Below are positions 9,901 through 19,454 of a DNA stretch of 64,000 nucleotides, piece after piece (within the stretch, counting starts at the first letter, position 1; every line of letters begins with the position of its first letter). This DNA is from Deltaproteobacteria bacterium (lineage in GTDB: Bacteria > Myxococcota_A > UBA9160 > SMWR01). The DNA lies in assembly GCA_032128115.1 (NCBI GenBank), contig JAQBHB010000041.1:32001-96000 (forward strand), given 5' to 3'. A model generated the notes under the pieces. It saw nothing but the letters and a program-made list of their open reading frames with translations, did no database searches and was not told the origin of the DNA. A program made the position numbers and the translations under genes.

Positions 9901-10458
9901 GCCGCGATCAACCTGGCCGGCAACTACGTGGCCATGGGAGATCCGGAGCGTGCCGACGCCCTGGTGCTGCCCATCCGGGAAGAGCTATCCAAGCCTGGCG
10001 ATCCGTGGCAACGCTGGCGCTACTCCATGCATGTCAGCCACGCGTTGGCCCGGGTGGCGCTGGCGCGGCACGACCCGGAGACGGTGCTGCGACTCACCCA
10101 GGAGGAGTTGGACGCCGCCCGGGCCAACCCCTCGCGAAAGATCGAGGCACGGGCGCTCGAGCTTCGCGGTCGCGCCCTCCTGATGAAGGACGAGCGAGAC
10201 GTCGCCGAGGAAACCCTGCACCGGGCGCTCGAGATCGCCGTCGCCATCGAGTACCCGCCGGTCCAGTGGCGCGCCCACGCACTCCTGGCGGAGCTCTGGC
10301 GCCGGCGTGACGACGCGCCCCGGGTGGAACGCAGCCTGGCCTCGGTGCGCACGCTGATCCGGCACCTGGGCAGGTCCATCCCCGACCCGGATCTCCAGCG
10401 CGGGTTCCGGGGGCTGGCCGATCGCCTGGAAGCCGACCCGTTCGCCGCCTGTCGCTGA
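6928..10458 (+). CDS. Double zinc ribbon + class III nucleotidyl cyclase + STAND/AAA ATPase + TPR protein
   Basis: Four CxxC at the N-terminus; VLFADV, FTGDG and GDTTNLAARL cyclase motifs; GDAGIGKS Walker A, VIEDLHW Walker B; helical repeat C-terminus. Confidence 0.92.
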   Translation: MTLRCPACDHENRSGRRFCTECGSGLPHPCPACGAENETRDKFCGQCGAALVAGRTYAAPTSAEAAPAPRDYTPRHLAEKILTSKSSLEGERKNVTVLFADVAGYTSIAEASDPEAMHALMDRFFQRVLAEVHRVEGTVNQFTGDGVMALFGAPIALEDAPRRAVLAARAIQRAIEPLGDEVRERLGVDFRVRIGIHTGPVVVGRIGDDLRMDYTAVGDTTNLAARLQQLAEPGAILISRATQQRVDPFFELTDLGELAVKGKAQPVRAFQVGAERPVSGRVEAGAGAGLTPLVGRERDLATVASAFDAARSGRGQVAFLVGDAGIGKSRLLYEFRSRLADRPHTWFEGRCAAYARASAFQPVVDGLKRLFGIEDRDDDASMLAKIDDGIAAAPGELAWTIPFVRVLLSLPAGDPAVEAMDAAGRRSESIRALYAFFFAYAEAAPLVFVIEDLHWIDPASEEFLGFLSDSLPASKVLAVYTHRPGYRHPLGDRSYHVRVALQPLSTHEMTTMAGVLMESGRLPEALGELIASKAEGNPFFVEEVTKSLLDDGAVRIVDGRVELARDLSEISVPDSIHDVLMARIDRLSDEPKHAIQVASVIGREFALRLLQRITDAGDAASAAVEELRSLELIYEKAAHPELAFMFKHALTHDVAYESVLVQRRRALHQIVGTAIEDLYQDRLAEHYESLAHHFARAEDWERAFLYHGQAAEKAAAAYANHSAAEHYREALAIAGRLGDSVSRSLLQRLSEGLGSVLWLLSYFDQSGDAQLRSAEWADNPATRARNLAWAGHGKLWGHDYAEARACAERAIEVSREHDLPGAHALALACLDEDDLVHGRVTDDSLAAEAMRLAEISGDPEARILALQQMLQRLEWRGEFREALKVGKAAIAIAQEKRLSTLAVFPSWFCGLALTCLGDYGTALEWMQGSLDVCGRLGDRALSARVLNTLGWCYAEFGAHDRASEFNRRGEEMAREIVELQVVASAPELHANAAINLAGNYVAMGDPERADALVLPIREELSKPGDPWQRWRYSMHVSHALARVALARHDPETVLRLTQEELDAARANPSRKIEARALELRGRALLMKDERDVAEETLHRALEIAVAIEYPPVQWRAHALLAELWRRRDDAPRVERSLASVRTLIRHLGRSIPDPDLQRGFRGLADRLEADPFAACR

Positions 10459-10521
10459 CGCCCCGCCGATCCGGCCGTCGCCGACGGTGACTTTTCCAGG
10501 TCATGCGTCTAGGCTGGGGGC

Positions 10522-11760
10522 GTGCCCGTCGAGATCACCTGTCCCGAGGTCTTCGGGGTCACCGAGTCGAGCCTGACCCTTGCCTTCGACGTAACGGAGG
10601 GCCCCCGCGCCCTGGACCTCGAAGCCCGCGTGCTCCTGAACGATCAGGTGCACGCCGTCTCCGAAGGCATGGGAACGCGGCTGGTCCGCATGGAAGGGCT
10701 CGAACCGGACACCACCTACCGCATCCGCATCCAGGTGGGTGGCGCCCCGGAAGCGGCGAACGACCGCTACTTCCCCGAAGCCGTCACGACGCTACCGACC
10801 GCACCGGGCGCTCCGGTGGGCTCGTTCGCCACCCTGAACGATCTCCACTTCGGCGAACTCCGCTTCGGCGGCATGCTCGCCCCCGACGGCGAGTTCGCCG
10901 GCGAAGCGCCGGGCTTCGGCATCGCCAAGGCCACGGACACGGATGTGCCCTACTGGCGCTTCATGAACGAGGACGCCATCGCCGAGATCAACGAGACCGG
11001 CGTGGACCTCACGATCATCAAGGGCGACATCGCCGATCGGGGGCGTCCGGAACAATTCGAGGACGCGGCCGCGGCGTTCTCCGGATTCTCCATGCCCCAC
11101 CACGCCTTCCTGGGAAACCACGACTACTACGGGCTCGAGGCGGGCCTCGATGTCGACGGATACGCCCTGTTGGGGCAGCCGCGCGCGCCGCGCAGTCTCG
11201 ATCTCGGCGGTTGGCGCCTGGTGCTGCTGGAAACGGTGGAGCCCGGCGAGCACCACGGCGTGTTCGGCGAGGAGCGACTTCGCTGGCTCGACGAGACACT
11301 CCGCGAGACCCGCGAAACGCGCACGCCCACAATGCTCTTCATGCACCACCACCCGGTGCCGCCCGAATTTCGCAATGGCTACCCCAATACCATCGGGATC
11401 GATCCGGAGCACTCGGTGCGCCTGTTCGACACCCTGGGAAGTCACCCCCAGGTTCGCGGCGTGCTGATCGGCCACACCCACCGCAATCGTATTCGACATT
11501 ACTCGGAGTCGGGCCCGATCCCGTTCATCGAGGTGAATTGCACCAAGGACTACCCCGGCGGCTTCGCCCACTATCGACTCTTCGAGGACGGGAGCTTCCG
11601 CCAGGAGGTGAGGCGCACGTCCAGCGAACGGGCACTGGCCCACTCGTCGCGCTGCCGTGATTTCTTCAAGGGGGGCTACCGGAACTTCGCCCTGGGCGCT
11701 CTCGAGACCCGAAGCTTCGCCGTGGGAGAGCCCCGGAGCCGGACCGGAGCGGGAGTCTAG
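10522..11760 (+). CDS. Calcineurin-like metallophosphoesterase (CpdA/Icc-like) with N-terminal FN3-like domain
   Basis: DLH, GDIAD, GNHD, HHHP and GHTH motifs. Confidence 0.88.
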   Translation: MPVEITCPEVFGVTESSLTLAFDVTEGPRALDLEARVLLNDQVHAVSEGMGTRLVRMEGLEPDTTYRIRIQVGGAPEAANDRYFPEAVTTLPTAPGAPVGSFATLNDLHFGELRFGGMLAPDGEFAGEAPGFGIAKATDTDVPYWRFMNEDAIAEINETGVDLTIIKGDIADRGRPEQFEDAAAAFSGFSMPHHAFLGNHDYYGLEAGLDVDGYALLGQPRAPRSLDLGGWRLVLLETVEPGEHHGVFGEERLRWLDETLRETRETRTPTMLFMHHHPVPPEFRNGYPNTIGIDPEHSVRLFDTLGSHPQVRGVLIGHTHRNRIRHYSESGPIPFIEVNCTKDYPGGFAHYRLFEDGSFRQEVRRTSSERALAHSSRCRDFFKGGYRNFALGALETRSFAVGEPRSRTGAGV

Positions 11761-11762
11761 CC

Positions 11763-12512
11763 GTGGCAGGACTGGTGGAAGGCAAGGTCGCGCTGGTCAC
11801 CGGAGCCGCGTCCGGAATCGGGCGCGCCACGGCGCAGGCCCTGGCGCGCGAGGGTGCTCGCGTGATGCTGTCGGACCTGGATGACGACGCGGGCCAGAAG
11901 GCTGCCGCGACGCTGCCAGGGGCCCGCTACGTGCACTGCGACGTGACGAGCGAAGACGGCGTGAAGGCCATGGTTGCCGCAACCCTCGACGCCTACGGGC
12001 GACTGGATTGCGCCGTCAACAATGCGGGCATTACGCCGCTGCCAGGCCCGCTCCACGAGCTTGCGCTCGACGAATGGAACCGCACCTTGACGATCAACCT
12101 CACCAGCGTCTTCTTGTGCATGAAGTACGAGATCCCCGTGATGCAGAAGCAGGGCGTCGGGTCCATCGTCAACATGGCCTCGGGAGCGGGGATCGTGCCC
12201 ACACCCGGCCTGGTGAGCTACTGCGCGTCGAAGCACGGCGTGCTGGGGATCACCAAGACCGCCGCGGTGGAGAACGCGACCACCGGGGTGCGGGTGAACG
12301 CCCTGTGCCCAGGCTGCATCGACACGCCCATGCTGCGCACCACCATGGATCGCGACCCAAAAATCGAGAAGATGATCCTGGCCTCGCTTCCGGGCGGCCG
12401 CCTGGGAAACCCGGAGGAAGTTGCTGAAGCGGCGGTGTGGCTGTGCTCGGATCGCGCATCGTTCATCTCCGGCGATTCGATGCTGGTGGACGGCGCCGCG
12501 GTGGCGCGCTAG
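11763..12512 (+). CDS. Short-chain dehydrogenase/reductase
   Basis: TGAASGIG, NNAG and YCASK motifs. Confidence 0.93.
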   Translation: MAGLVEGKVALVTGAASGIGRATAQALAREGARVMLSDLDDDAGQKAAATLPGARYVHCDVTSEDGVKAMVAATLDAYGRLDCAVNNAGITPLPGPLHELALDEWNRTLTINLTSVFLCMKYEIPVMQKQGVGSIVNMASGAGIVPTPGLVSYCASKHGVLGITKTAAVENATTGVRVNALCPGCIDTPMLRTTMDRDPKIEKMILASLPGGRLGNPEEVAEAAVWLCSDRASFISGDSMLVDGAAVAR

Positions 12513-12526
12513 CTCGAAGCGTCGCA

Positions 12527-13396
12527 GTGAAATTCATCACGTCGCTGGCCTTCCAGGACCCCACCCACGCCTGCTCCGTGGCGCGGGTCGCCGACGAGTG
12601 CGGCTGGGACGGAGTCATGGTCTCGGACCATGTCGTGCACCCGGAGAAGATCGAGTCGCCCTATCCCTATACCCGGGATGGCGCTCCCCGTTGGGAGGCG
12701 CCGGCTCCCTGGCCCGACCCCTGGGTCGCCATCGGCGCGATGGCCGCAGTGACCGAGCGGCTGCGCTTCTACACCGGCATCTACGTGCTGCCCCTGCGCA
12801 ATCCCTTCGTCGTGGCCAAAGCCATCGGAACGGCGGCCGTCATGTCGAACAACCGCGTGGTGCTTGGCGTGGGCGCGGGATGGATGCGCGAGGAGTTCGA
12901 GCTGCTGGAACAGGGCTTTCGGCAGCGAGGCCGGCGCATGGACGAAATGATCCAGGTGATCCGCCTTCTCTGGGGCGGCGGCATGGTGGAGCACCACGGC
13001 GAGTTCTACGACTTCGATCGCCTCCAGATGAGCCCGGCGCCCAGTGAGCCGATTCCCCTGTTGGCGGGCGGCCTGTCCGAGCCGGCGCTGCGCCGCGTGG
13101 GTCGCCTGGGCGACGGTTGGATCTCCGATATCCACACCCGCGAGGAACTCCGTCAGATCGTGGAACGCATCCGCGCCTATCGGGCCGAGTACGGTCGTGC
13201 GGACGAGTCCCTGCAGATCGTGGCCGCCTGCTCCGACACCTTCGACGTGGACGGCTTTCGCCGCCTGGAGGACGCGGGCGTCACCCACCTGCAGACCATG
13301 CCCTGGTTCTTGTACGGCGGCTCCTCCGATTCCCTGCAGGACAAGATCGACGGCCTGCGCCGCTTCGCCGACCAGATCATCGCCAAGCTGCGTTAG
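12527..13396 (+). CDS. LLM-class, probably F420-dependent, oxidoreductase
   Basis: SDHVV, DPWV, LGVGAGW, DGW luciferase-like barrel motifs; GTG at 12527. Confidence 0.85.
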   Translation: MKFITSLAFQDPTHACSVARVADECGWDGVMVSDHVVHPEKIESPYPYTRDGAPRWEAPAPWPDPWVAIGAMAAVTERLRFYTGIYVLPLRNPFVVAKAIGTAAVMSNNRVVLGVGAGWMREEFELLEQGFRQRGRRMDEMIQVIRLLWGGGMVEHHGEFYDFDRLQMSPAPSEPIPLLAGGLSEPALRRVGRLGDGWISDIHTREELRQIVERIRAYRAEYGRADESLQIVAACSDTFDVDGFRRLEDAGVTHLQTMPWFLYGGSSDSLQDKIDGLRRFADQIIAKLR

Positions 13397-13423
13397 GGCC
13401 ATCTCTGGTATAGATCCGCAGCG

Positions 13424-16400
13424 ATGGGCCATCCGTTCGGATTCCCCTGGCACCTGGTCGTGGACGTCCGGAGGCGCGAGCGCTCGCGGTTCCTGTTCTT
13501 CGCGGGCCTGGCCGCTCTCGTGAGTGCCGCCCAGACCCTGGGGCTGGTGGGATCGGAAGCCCTCTTCCTGTCCCGCTTCGGAGCCGTCCGACTCCCCGAG
13601 GCCTTTATCGCCGCCGCTTCCGTCACGGTGGTGGGCACCTTCGGATACGCCACCGCCGTGGGCCGCCTGCGCAACGACGGACTCTTCCTCCAGATGGCAC
13701 TGGGCTCGGCGGTCCTGCTGGTGGGAGCGGCCTGGGTCGCCGACGCGTCGCCGGACCTCGTGCTCCCGGCGCTCTTCTGCTTCTACTATCTGTCCCAGGC
13801 GATCTTCATGAACCACTTCTTCACCTTCGCCGGCGACTACTTCGACACCGCCAGCAGCAAACGCCTGTTCCCGCGCTTCACGATCGCCGCGAGCCTGGGC
13901 AGTGCAGTGGGCGCGGGACTGGCGGTGGCGGTGGCGCGATTCAGCGACCCGCTGCTGCTCATCGGCGCGTGGGGGGCGGGGTTGGGAGTGGGCGCCCTGC
14001 TGCTTCGCCTGGGTCGGCGACCCCTGCGACGCTGGGGCCCGCTGGAACTCGAGGAGGCGGACGAGACGTCCGTCGAAGGCATGCAGGGAGCGGTGCGTTT
14101 CCTGCGCGCCACTTCTCTCGGCCGGACCCTCGCGCTGTCGGCCGCCGGGATGGTGCTGGCGCTCTTCGTCGCCCAGTACCTGTACTCGGGTGTCTTCGTG
14201 GAGCGGTTTCGCGAACCGAGCCGCCTGGCCACATTCCTGGGGCTCTACCTGCTGATCACCAACGCGGTCGAGATCGTCATCGGCTTCGGGTTGACGCCCC
14301 GGTTGATCCGGCGCCTGGGTGTGCCCAGCGCCAACCTGGTGCATCCGGTTCTCAGCTTGCTGAGCTTCGTCGGCCTGGGCTTCCAATACGGCTACGCCAG
14401 TGCGGTGGCCGCGCGCGTGAACCGCGAGATGGTCGACAACTCCATGGGGTTCCCGATCCGGTCGTTGGTGATCAACGCCCTGCCCCTGCGTTTTCGCGGC
14501 CGGGTGCGCGCGTTTCTCGAGGGCGTGGTGGTGTACGTGGGCATGGCGGCGGCGGGACTGCTGCTTCTGGTGCTTGGCGACCCGGACCCGCAGCTGCTGT
14601 GTCTGGCCGGGGGCGCCGCCGCCCTGGTCTTCCTGGCTGCCAACGTGCGGGTACGCCGCGAGTACGTGCTCGCCCTGGATGGCGCCATGCGCAGGGGTCA
14701 GCTGGACATCGAAGAGGTGAGCGACGAGCTCGGCCGCTGGGAGGCCTCGCGCCTGGCGGATCTGTGGGAGGCGCTGCTGGCCGACACCGAGGGCGGGGCC
14801 ATGGAGCCCCTGCTGAAGCTGGTGCCCAGCCTGGCCGCCCGCGGCATCCACGCGCCGCTGGTTCGCGCCGCCTCGCATCCGAACCCCGGCGTGCGCAGGG
14901 CCTGCCTCGAAGCCCTGGCGACCCACGCCCGCGATGAAACCGGGGGCACCCTGGCCCTGGCCCTGGACGACCCGGACGCAGAGGTGCGGATCACAGCCCT
15001 GCGCGGACTCGCGGCCCTCCAGAGCGCCGAGAGCTTCCTGGCCCCGCGGCTGCGCGAACTGGTGAGCGATCCCGACCCGCGGGTGCGCGCCGAGGCGGCG
15101 CTCCAGACCGGCGACAAGGGCCTGGCGGCGCTGGCCGCGCAGATCGGATCGGACGATCCGCTGGCCGCCACATCGGCGCTACGGGTGGCCCCCGCCGAGC
15201 TGCTTCACGCCGTGCTCCGCCGGGTACACGACACACACCCGGGGGTGCGTTCGGCGGCCCTGGAGCGAACCGCCGTCATTTCCGAGCGAGCTCCCCTTTC
15301 CGGCGATGCCCTCGGCGAATTGCTGCAGGATCCCGACGCCCGCGTGCGGCGGGCGGGCGCGATCCTGGTGGCCACCTTTCCCGGCGGCGACGCCGCCGCC
15401 CGACTGGCGGACGCCCTGGCGGACATCGCGCCCCCGGTCCGGCTCGAATGCCAGCGCGCTCTCTGCGCCATGGGCGACGCGGGGGTTGCGGCGGTCCGGC
15501 CGCTGCTCCGCTGCGAACGCGAGCGCCTGATCGAAGCCGCGCTTCCGATCCTGGCCGCCGCCCCGGGCGCGAGTCAGGAGCTCGGGCGCGAGCTGCACTG
15601 GCGGGTTCGCGAGCTGTGGATCGACGTGGTGGCCCATCAGCACCTGCCCCGCGGCGAGGACCTGGCCTCGCGCTTTCTGCTCGTCGCTTATCGCGACGCC
15701 ATCGCGCGTCACGAGAGACTCACGTTCAAGATCCTCGAGTTTCTGGTCGGGGCGCCGTTGATCCGACGGGTGGAACGCGCGCTGCGCTTCGGCTCGCCCC
15801 GTGCACGCGGCGACGCCCTGGAGGTGCTCTCGAACCTGGGCGATCGCGGCTCGGCATCGCTTCTGGCACTGCTGCACGAGGCGGGTCCACTCGATGAGCG
15901 GACCGCCCAGGCTTCGAAGCTGTTGGAGCTACCCGCCGACACGGCGCAGGTGCTGGAGCGTTCCCGTCGCAGCCAGTCGCATTGGATCCGGTTGGCGGCG
16001 AACGCCCTTTTCGACGACGATTTCGAGCCCCGGGAGGTGGATGTCATGGAGAGACTTCTGGCCCTGCGACGCGTACCGCTGTTCGCCACGCTGAGCCTCG
16101 AGCAGCTGGAGGCCCTGCAGCGGATCGCGAAGGAAGTGGAATACCTGCGGGGCGAAATCATCTGCCGCGAAGGCGAACCCGGCAGCGAACTGTTCGTGGT
16201 GATGGACGGGGACGTACGGATCGTGAAGAGTCATGGTGAGCCCGACGAAACTCCCCTCACCTTGTACCGAGCGGGAGGCTATTTCGGCGAGATGGCGATC
16301 TTCGGGGGCGAACGGCGGACCGCCACCGCCAGGGCCGAAGAGACGTCGCGGGTTCTGAGCATCGATGGTCGCAGTCTCAAGGAGCTGATCCTCCAGATGC

Positions 16401-16477
16401 CGGAAATCTCCTTCGAGATCTTCCGCGAGCTGACACAGCGGGTACGAAAGGCCGAAGAACGAAGCACCCAGCGCTGA
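13424..16477 (+). CDS. NTT/MFS-like transporter fused to HEAT repeats and a C-terminal cyclic-nucleotide-binding domain
   Basis: About 12 TM N-terminus with SKRLFP and RGRVRAF loops; repeated DPDPRVR HEAT units; FGEMAIFGGERRTATA phosphate-binding cassette. Confidence 0.88.
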   Translation: MGHPFGFPWHLVVDVRRRERSRFLFFAGLAALVSAAQTLGLVGSEALFLSRFGAVRLPEAFIAAASVTVVGTFGYATAVGRLRNDGLFLQMALGSAVLLVGAAWVADASPDLVLPALFCFYYLSQAIFMNHFFTFAGDYFDTASSKRLFPRFTIAASLGSAVGAGLAVAVARFSDPLLLIGAWGAGLGVGALLLRLGRRPLRRWGPLELEEADETSVEGMQGAVRFLRATSLGRTLALSAAGMVLALFVAQYLYSGVFVERFREPSRLATFLGLYLLITNAVEIVIGFGLTPRLIRRLGVPSANLVHPVLSLLSFVGLGFQYGYASAVAARVNREMVDNSMGFPIRSLVINALPLRFRGRVRAFLEGVVVYVGMAAAGLLLLVLGDPDPQLLCLAGGAAALVFLAANVRVRREYVLALDGAMRRGQLDIEEVSDELGRWEASRLADLWEALLADTEGGAMEPLLKLVPSLAARGIHAPLVRAASHPNPGVRRACLEALATHARDETGGTLALALDDPDAEVRITALRGLAALQSAESFLAPRLRELVSDPDPRVRAEAALQTGDKGLAALAAQIGSDDPLAATSALRVAPAELLHAVLRRVHDTHPGVRSAALERTAVISERAPLSGDALGELLQDPDARVRRAGAILVATFPGGDAAARLADALADIAPPVRLECQRALCAMGDAGVAAVRPLLRCERERLIEAALPILAAAPGASQELGRELHWRVRELWIDVVAHQHLPRGEDLASRFLLVAYRDAIARHERLTFKILEFLVGAPLIRRVERALRFGSPRARGDALEVLSNLGDRGSASLLALLHEAGPLDERTAQASKLLELPADTAQVLERSRRSQSHWIRLAANALFDDDFEPREVDVMERLLALRRVPLFATLSLEQLEALQRIAKEVEYLRGEIICREGEPGSELFVVMDGDVRIVKSHGEPDETPLTLYRAGGYFGEMAIFGGERRTATARAEETSRVLSIDGRSLKELILQMPEISFEIFRELTQRVRKAEERSTQR

Positions 16478-16486
16478 CTTGCGCCT

Positions 16487-16530
16487 TCCCCCCCTGCGGC
16501 CCATCCTTCCGGGCCGGGGGGGGATTCGTT
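16487..16530 (+). terminator. GC-rich hairpin, possible intrinsic terminator
   Basis: tccccccc-tg-cggccc / gggccg-ggggggga stem followed by ttcgtt. Confidence 0.4.
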
Positions 16531-16534
16531 CCAG

Positions 16535-16990
16535 GTGATCACCACCGTGATGTCCGCGGTGATCGGCGCCGAACGCGATCGCGTGTGGCGTGCGCTCACC
16601 GTGCCCGACGAGATGATCCGCTGGGACGCGCGGATGGTCGCCATTCTCGACTCGCCAGAGGGTTACCCCCGGATCGGCGAGAAGGTCCGCTGGCGCTACC
16701 GCCTGGGAAAGATTCCGATCATCCTCACCGAACGGCCCCTGGAGGTTGCGCCCGGCGAGCGGCTGCGGGCCGCGATCACGCTGGGACTCATCCGCTTCGA
16801 AGAGACGTACACCCTGGACCTGGAAAATGACGCGGCGCGGCAAACCCGGCTCACGCTCAAGCTCTGCGCCAAGAGCGAGGTTCCCATGATGGGTGGAGTG
16901 GTGGACCGCTTCGACGTGCGACGCATGGCCACGGAGCTGATCGACGAACGCCTGCGGTCGGTCCAGAAATGGTGCGAGGAGCAGCCCTGA
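16535..16990 (+). CDS. SRPBCC family protein
   Basis: IGAERDRVWRALTVP..W START-like N-terminus; about 150 aa; C-terminal helix. Confidence 0.8.
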   Translation: MITTVMSAVIGAERDRVWRALTVPDEMIRWDARMVAILDSPEGYPRIGEKVRWRYRLGKIPIILTERPLEVAPGERLRAAITLGLIRFEETYTLDLENDAARQTRLTLKLCAKSEVPMMGGVVDRFDVRRMATELIDERLRSVQKWCEEQP

Positions 16991-17012
16991 CGCCCCGCCC
17001 GGGGCCCGCTAC

Positions 17013-18314
17013 TCAGATGTGAAGCTCCTCCAGGACCCAGCGGCGCGGGTCCTCGAAGCGGCTCCGCGCCAGGGGCGAAAGGTCGAGATCTTCGAAGCGG
17101 CCGCTCGCGATCAGCGACGCCATGGCGCGCGCCACCCCGTACGATTGCATCACGCCGCGCCCCGTGAACGAGTGGGCTTCGTACAGGTTCGCGAAACCGT
17201 CCACCCGCCCGGCGATTCCGCTGCGATCCGGGGTCACTGCGTACAGACCCGACCACCCGCGCACGTGGCCGCAGCGCTCGAACGAGCTGCAGCGGTGGGC
17301 CAGGCGCGGCCAGATCTGCGCCTCGAAGAATTCGTCGCCGTCGTAATCAAAGTCGAAGCCCGGCGCCTCGTCGGGTGTGGAGTAGCCGGCCAGGATGTAA
17401 GGCCCCTCCGGGTGGAAGTAGAGCCCGCTGGGATCCACCAGCATCCCCAGGCCTTCGAGCGACACACCCGGGGCCAGGTCGCCGCGATGCACGTCCACCA
17501 GCGAGATCTGTCGTCGCACCGGCTGGGTGGCATCGGTAACGCCCACTTTCGCCGAGAACATGCCCGACCAGGCCCCCAGGCAATTGACCACCACGTCGCA
17601 TTCCATGCGGACCTCGCCCACGACGGCATCCGGCGGCACGCGATGGGTCACGAGGATTTCGCGCACGGTTCCCGGTTCGTCCGAGGGGCTGCCGCGCGCC
17701 ACCTCGATCACGTCCACGGCCTGCACCCGCCGCAAGCTGCCGGCGGCGCCTGCGGCTCGACTCGTCGACACGCCGCCCACGTAGTGGCGATTGAGAAAGC
17801 GCACCCCGAGCCGTTCAGCCTCCGCCCGATACCAGGCGCGTACCGCGTTGGGGTTCACGAGGCCGTCTCGCGGCGAGAATGTGGCTCCGATGATCTCGTC
17901 CATGGCGCGATCCAGCAGTGGAAAACGCTTGCGCACCTCCACGGGCGTCAGGATCTCGACGCCAAGGCCTCGAGCGTTCTGGGTGTGCCTTATTTCCAGG
18001 GCCCGCTCGTACAGCGCAGGGTCCGAGTAGAGCCACAGATAGCCCTGCGCGCGGAAGCCGAACTCTTCGTGGTGGTCGTGAAAGAAGTCCAGAGTCTCGC
18101 GACAGCTCTCGATGTTGACCGGCTGCCACCAGGTGGCGCGCGCCCCACCCGCGTTGAGTTCGGACGAGGCGTAGACTCCGGCGAGATCGAGGTCGAGGAC
18201 GGTAACGCCATCGATTCCGCGGCTCGCCAGGGCCCACGCCAGGCTGGTCCCGACGATACCGCCACCCACGATCAGGACGTCGGCCCGCTCCCCCACGAAT
18301 TCAGGGTAGGGCAC
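17013..18314 (-). CDS. FAD-dependent oxidoreductase (DAO / sarcosine oxidase beta / FOXRED1-like)
   Basis: IVGGGIVG, ASSELNAGG, WSGLYAVTPD, FTGRGVM motifs. Confidence 0.9.
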   Translation of the reverse strand: MPYPEFVGERADVLIVGGGIVGTSLAWALASRGIDGVTVLDLDLAGVYASSELNAGGARATWWQPVNIESCRETLDFFHDHHEEFGFRAQGYLWLYSDPALYERALEIRHTQNARGLGVEILTPVEVRKRFPLLDRAMDEIIGATFSPRDGLVNPNAVRAWYRAEAERLGVRFLNRHYVGGVSTSRAAGAAGSLRRVQAVDVIEVARGSPSDEPGTVREILVTHRVPPDAVVGEVRMECDVVVNCLGAWSGMFSAKVGVTDATQPVRRQISLVDVHRGDLAPGVSLEGLGMLVDPSGLYFHPEGPYILAGYSTPDEAPGFDFDYDGDEFFEAQIWPRLAHRCSSFERCGHVRGWSGLYAVTPDRSGIAGRVDGFANLYEAHSFTGRGVMQSYGVARAMASLIASGRFEDLDLSPLARSRFEDPRRWVLEELHI

Positions 18315-18327
18315 CCGATCCGGGCCT

Positions 18328-19302
18328 TCACTGGCCCGGTCGCGATGGCGGATCGCCGAGCACCCGGGTGTTCGGGTGGAAGGCCTTCCATGCGAACCAG
18401 TACGACTCGGTCACCTGCATGTCGTCCGGCACCTCCCAGCTGAAGACCGCGTTGTCCGGGTCGTAGCGAACGCGGACCGCACGTCCCTCGAACTCGAGTT
18501 CGAGGTTGCCACCGGCCTGCATGACCGCCGTGTCGAGAATCGCCGCCGCCACACCGTCTGCAACCAGCCCCACCACCAGTCGCTTCGGGTGATAGCGATC
18601 ATCTTCGGCGTTCACCGGAAACGGAATCGAATCGCGGATCATGTATTGGGTGAACGGACTGTAACGATAATCGATGTGATACTTCTCCGGTCGCGCCAGC
18701 ACCTTCGAGTCCGGGTGCGCCTCGGCCCAGGCACCCGCCACGTGCTGGACCACCCGGATCGCCTCGAGCTTCCTGCCCGCCAGGGGACCGGCAATGGCCC
18801 GGCCCTCGAACTGCGACCACAGGCTCTCGGACTGTCGGTCGTACATCAGGAAGCCGGAATTGTAGAGGAGCCCCGACACCCCGAAAGTGAGCGCGCTGCC
18901 ATCCAGTTCGCGCTTGAAGACCCGTGGTGTCGCCGTCAGGGGATCGTAGGTGACGGCGATGGGCACGCCGCCAACCGCGTCGTTCACGATCTGGTGGTAC
19001 TCGAGCAGGTGCACCGGATAGGCACGAGCCTCACCGCCCAGATGCACGCCGAGAACCGGCGTGTCGTCGGCCACCCAGGTGGCGTCTTCCAGGGTCGCAA
19101 ACTCCGGCTCGTCGACGCTGCGGATGCCGTCGCGCCCGGGCCCCCCGGCCACGATCGACCCGGAGGCGACCAGCGGGCCCTCGATCTGGAAGCCGTAGTT
19201 CTTCGGGGCGCTTCCCGTCGGGGCGTCCGCGTCGTCGGCGCTCGCGTGGACACCAAGCGCCGAAACCACGGCTAACGCCAATACGAGCCTGAACTCCCGC
19301 AC
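18328..19302 (-). CDS. DUF3179 family exported protein
   Basis: Signal peptide; GGPGRDGI, ARAYP, HQIVND, FGVSGLLY, MYDRQSESLWSQ, WFAWKAFHP. Confidence 0.85.
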   Translation of the reverse strand: MREFRLVLALAVVSALGVHASADDADAPTGSAPKNYGFQIEGPLVASGSIVAGGPGRDGIRSVDEPEFATLEDATWVADDTPVLGVHLGGEARAYPVHLLEYHQIVNDAVGGVPIAVTYDPLTATPRVFKRELDGSALTFGVSGLLYNSGFLMYDRQSESLWSQFEGRAIAGPLAGRKLEAIRVVQHVAGAWAEAHPDSKVLARPEKYHIDYRYSPFTQYMIRDSIPFPVNAEDDRYHPKRLVVGLVADGVAAAILDTAVMQAGGNLELEFEGRAVRVRYDPDNAVFSWEVPDDMQVTESYWFAWKAFHPNTRVLGDPPSRPGQ

Positions 19303-19383
19303 GGGGCAATGGTAGTGCTCCCCGTGCCACCTTCCCCTGGGTTCCCCCGGGGGGGCCTCTCCGGGCCGGGACACCCGCTCGCA

Positions 19384-19411
19384 TCAAGAGCTAGCTGCGT
19401 GTTGACGATAG
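19384..19411 (+). promoter_or_regulatory. Sigma28-like promoter
   Basis: TCAAG-N15-GACGATAG, 43 bp upstream of the GGDEF gene ATG. Confidence 0.5.
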
Positions 19412-19454
19412 AAAGACCACACCCGCGCGTATCGGGGATTGGAGCATCGAAGCG

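Noticed and set aside
6928..10458. Avs/Pycsar-type antiphage system
   Set aside because: This cyclase-STAND-TPR architecture is a widespread signalling type, and there is no adjacent toxic effector or defence-island context.
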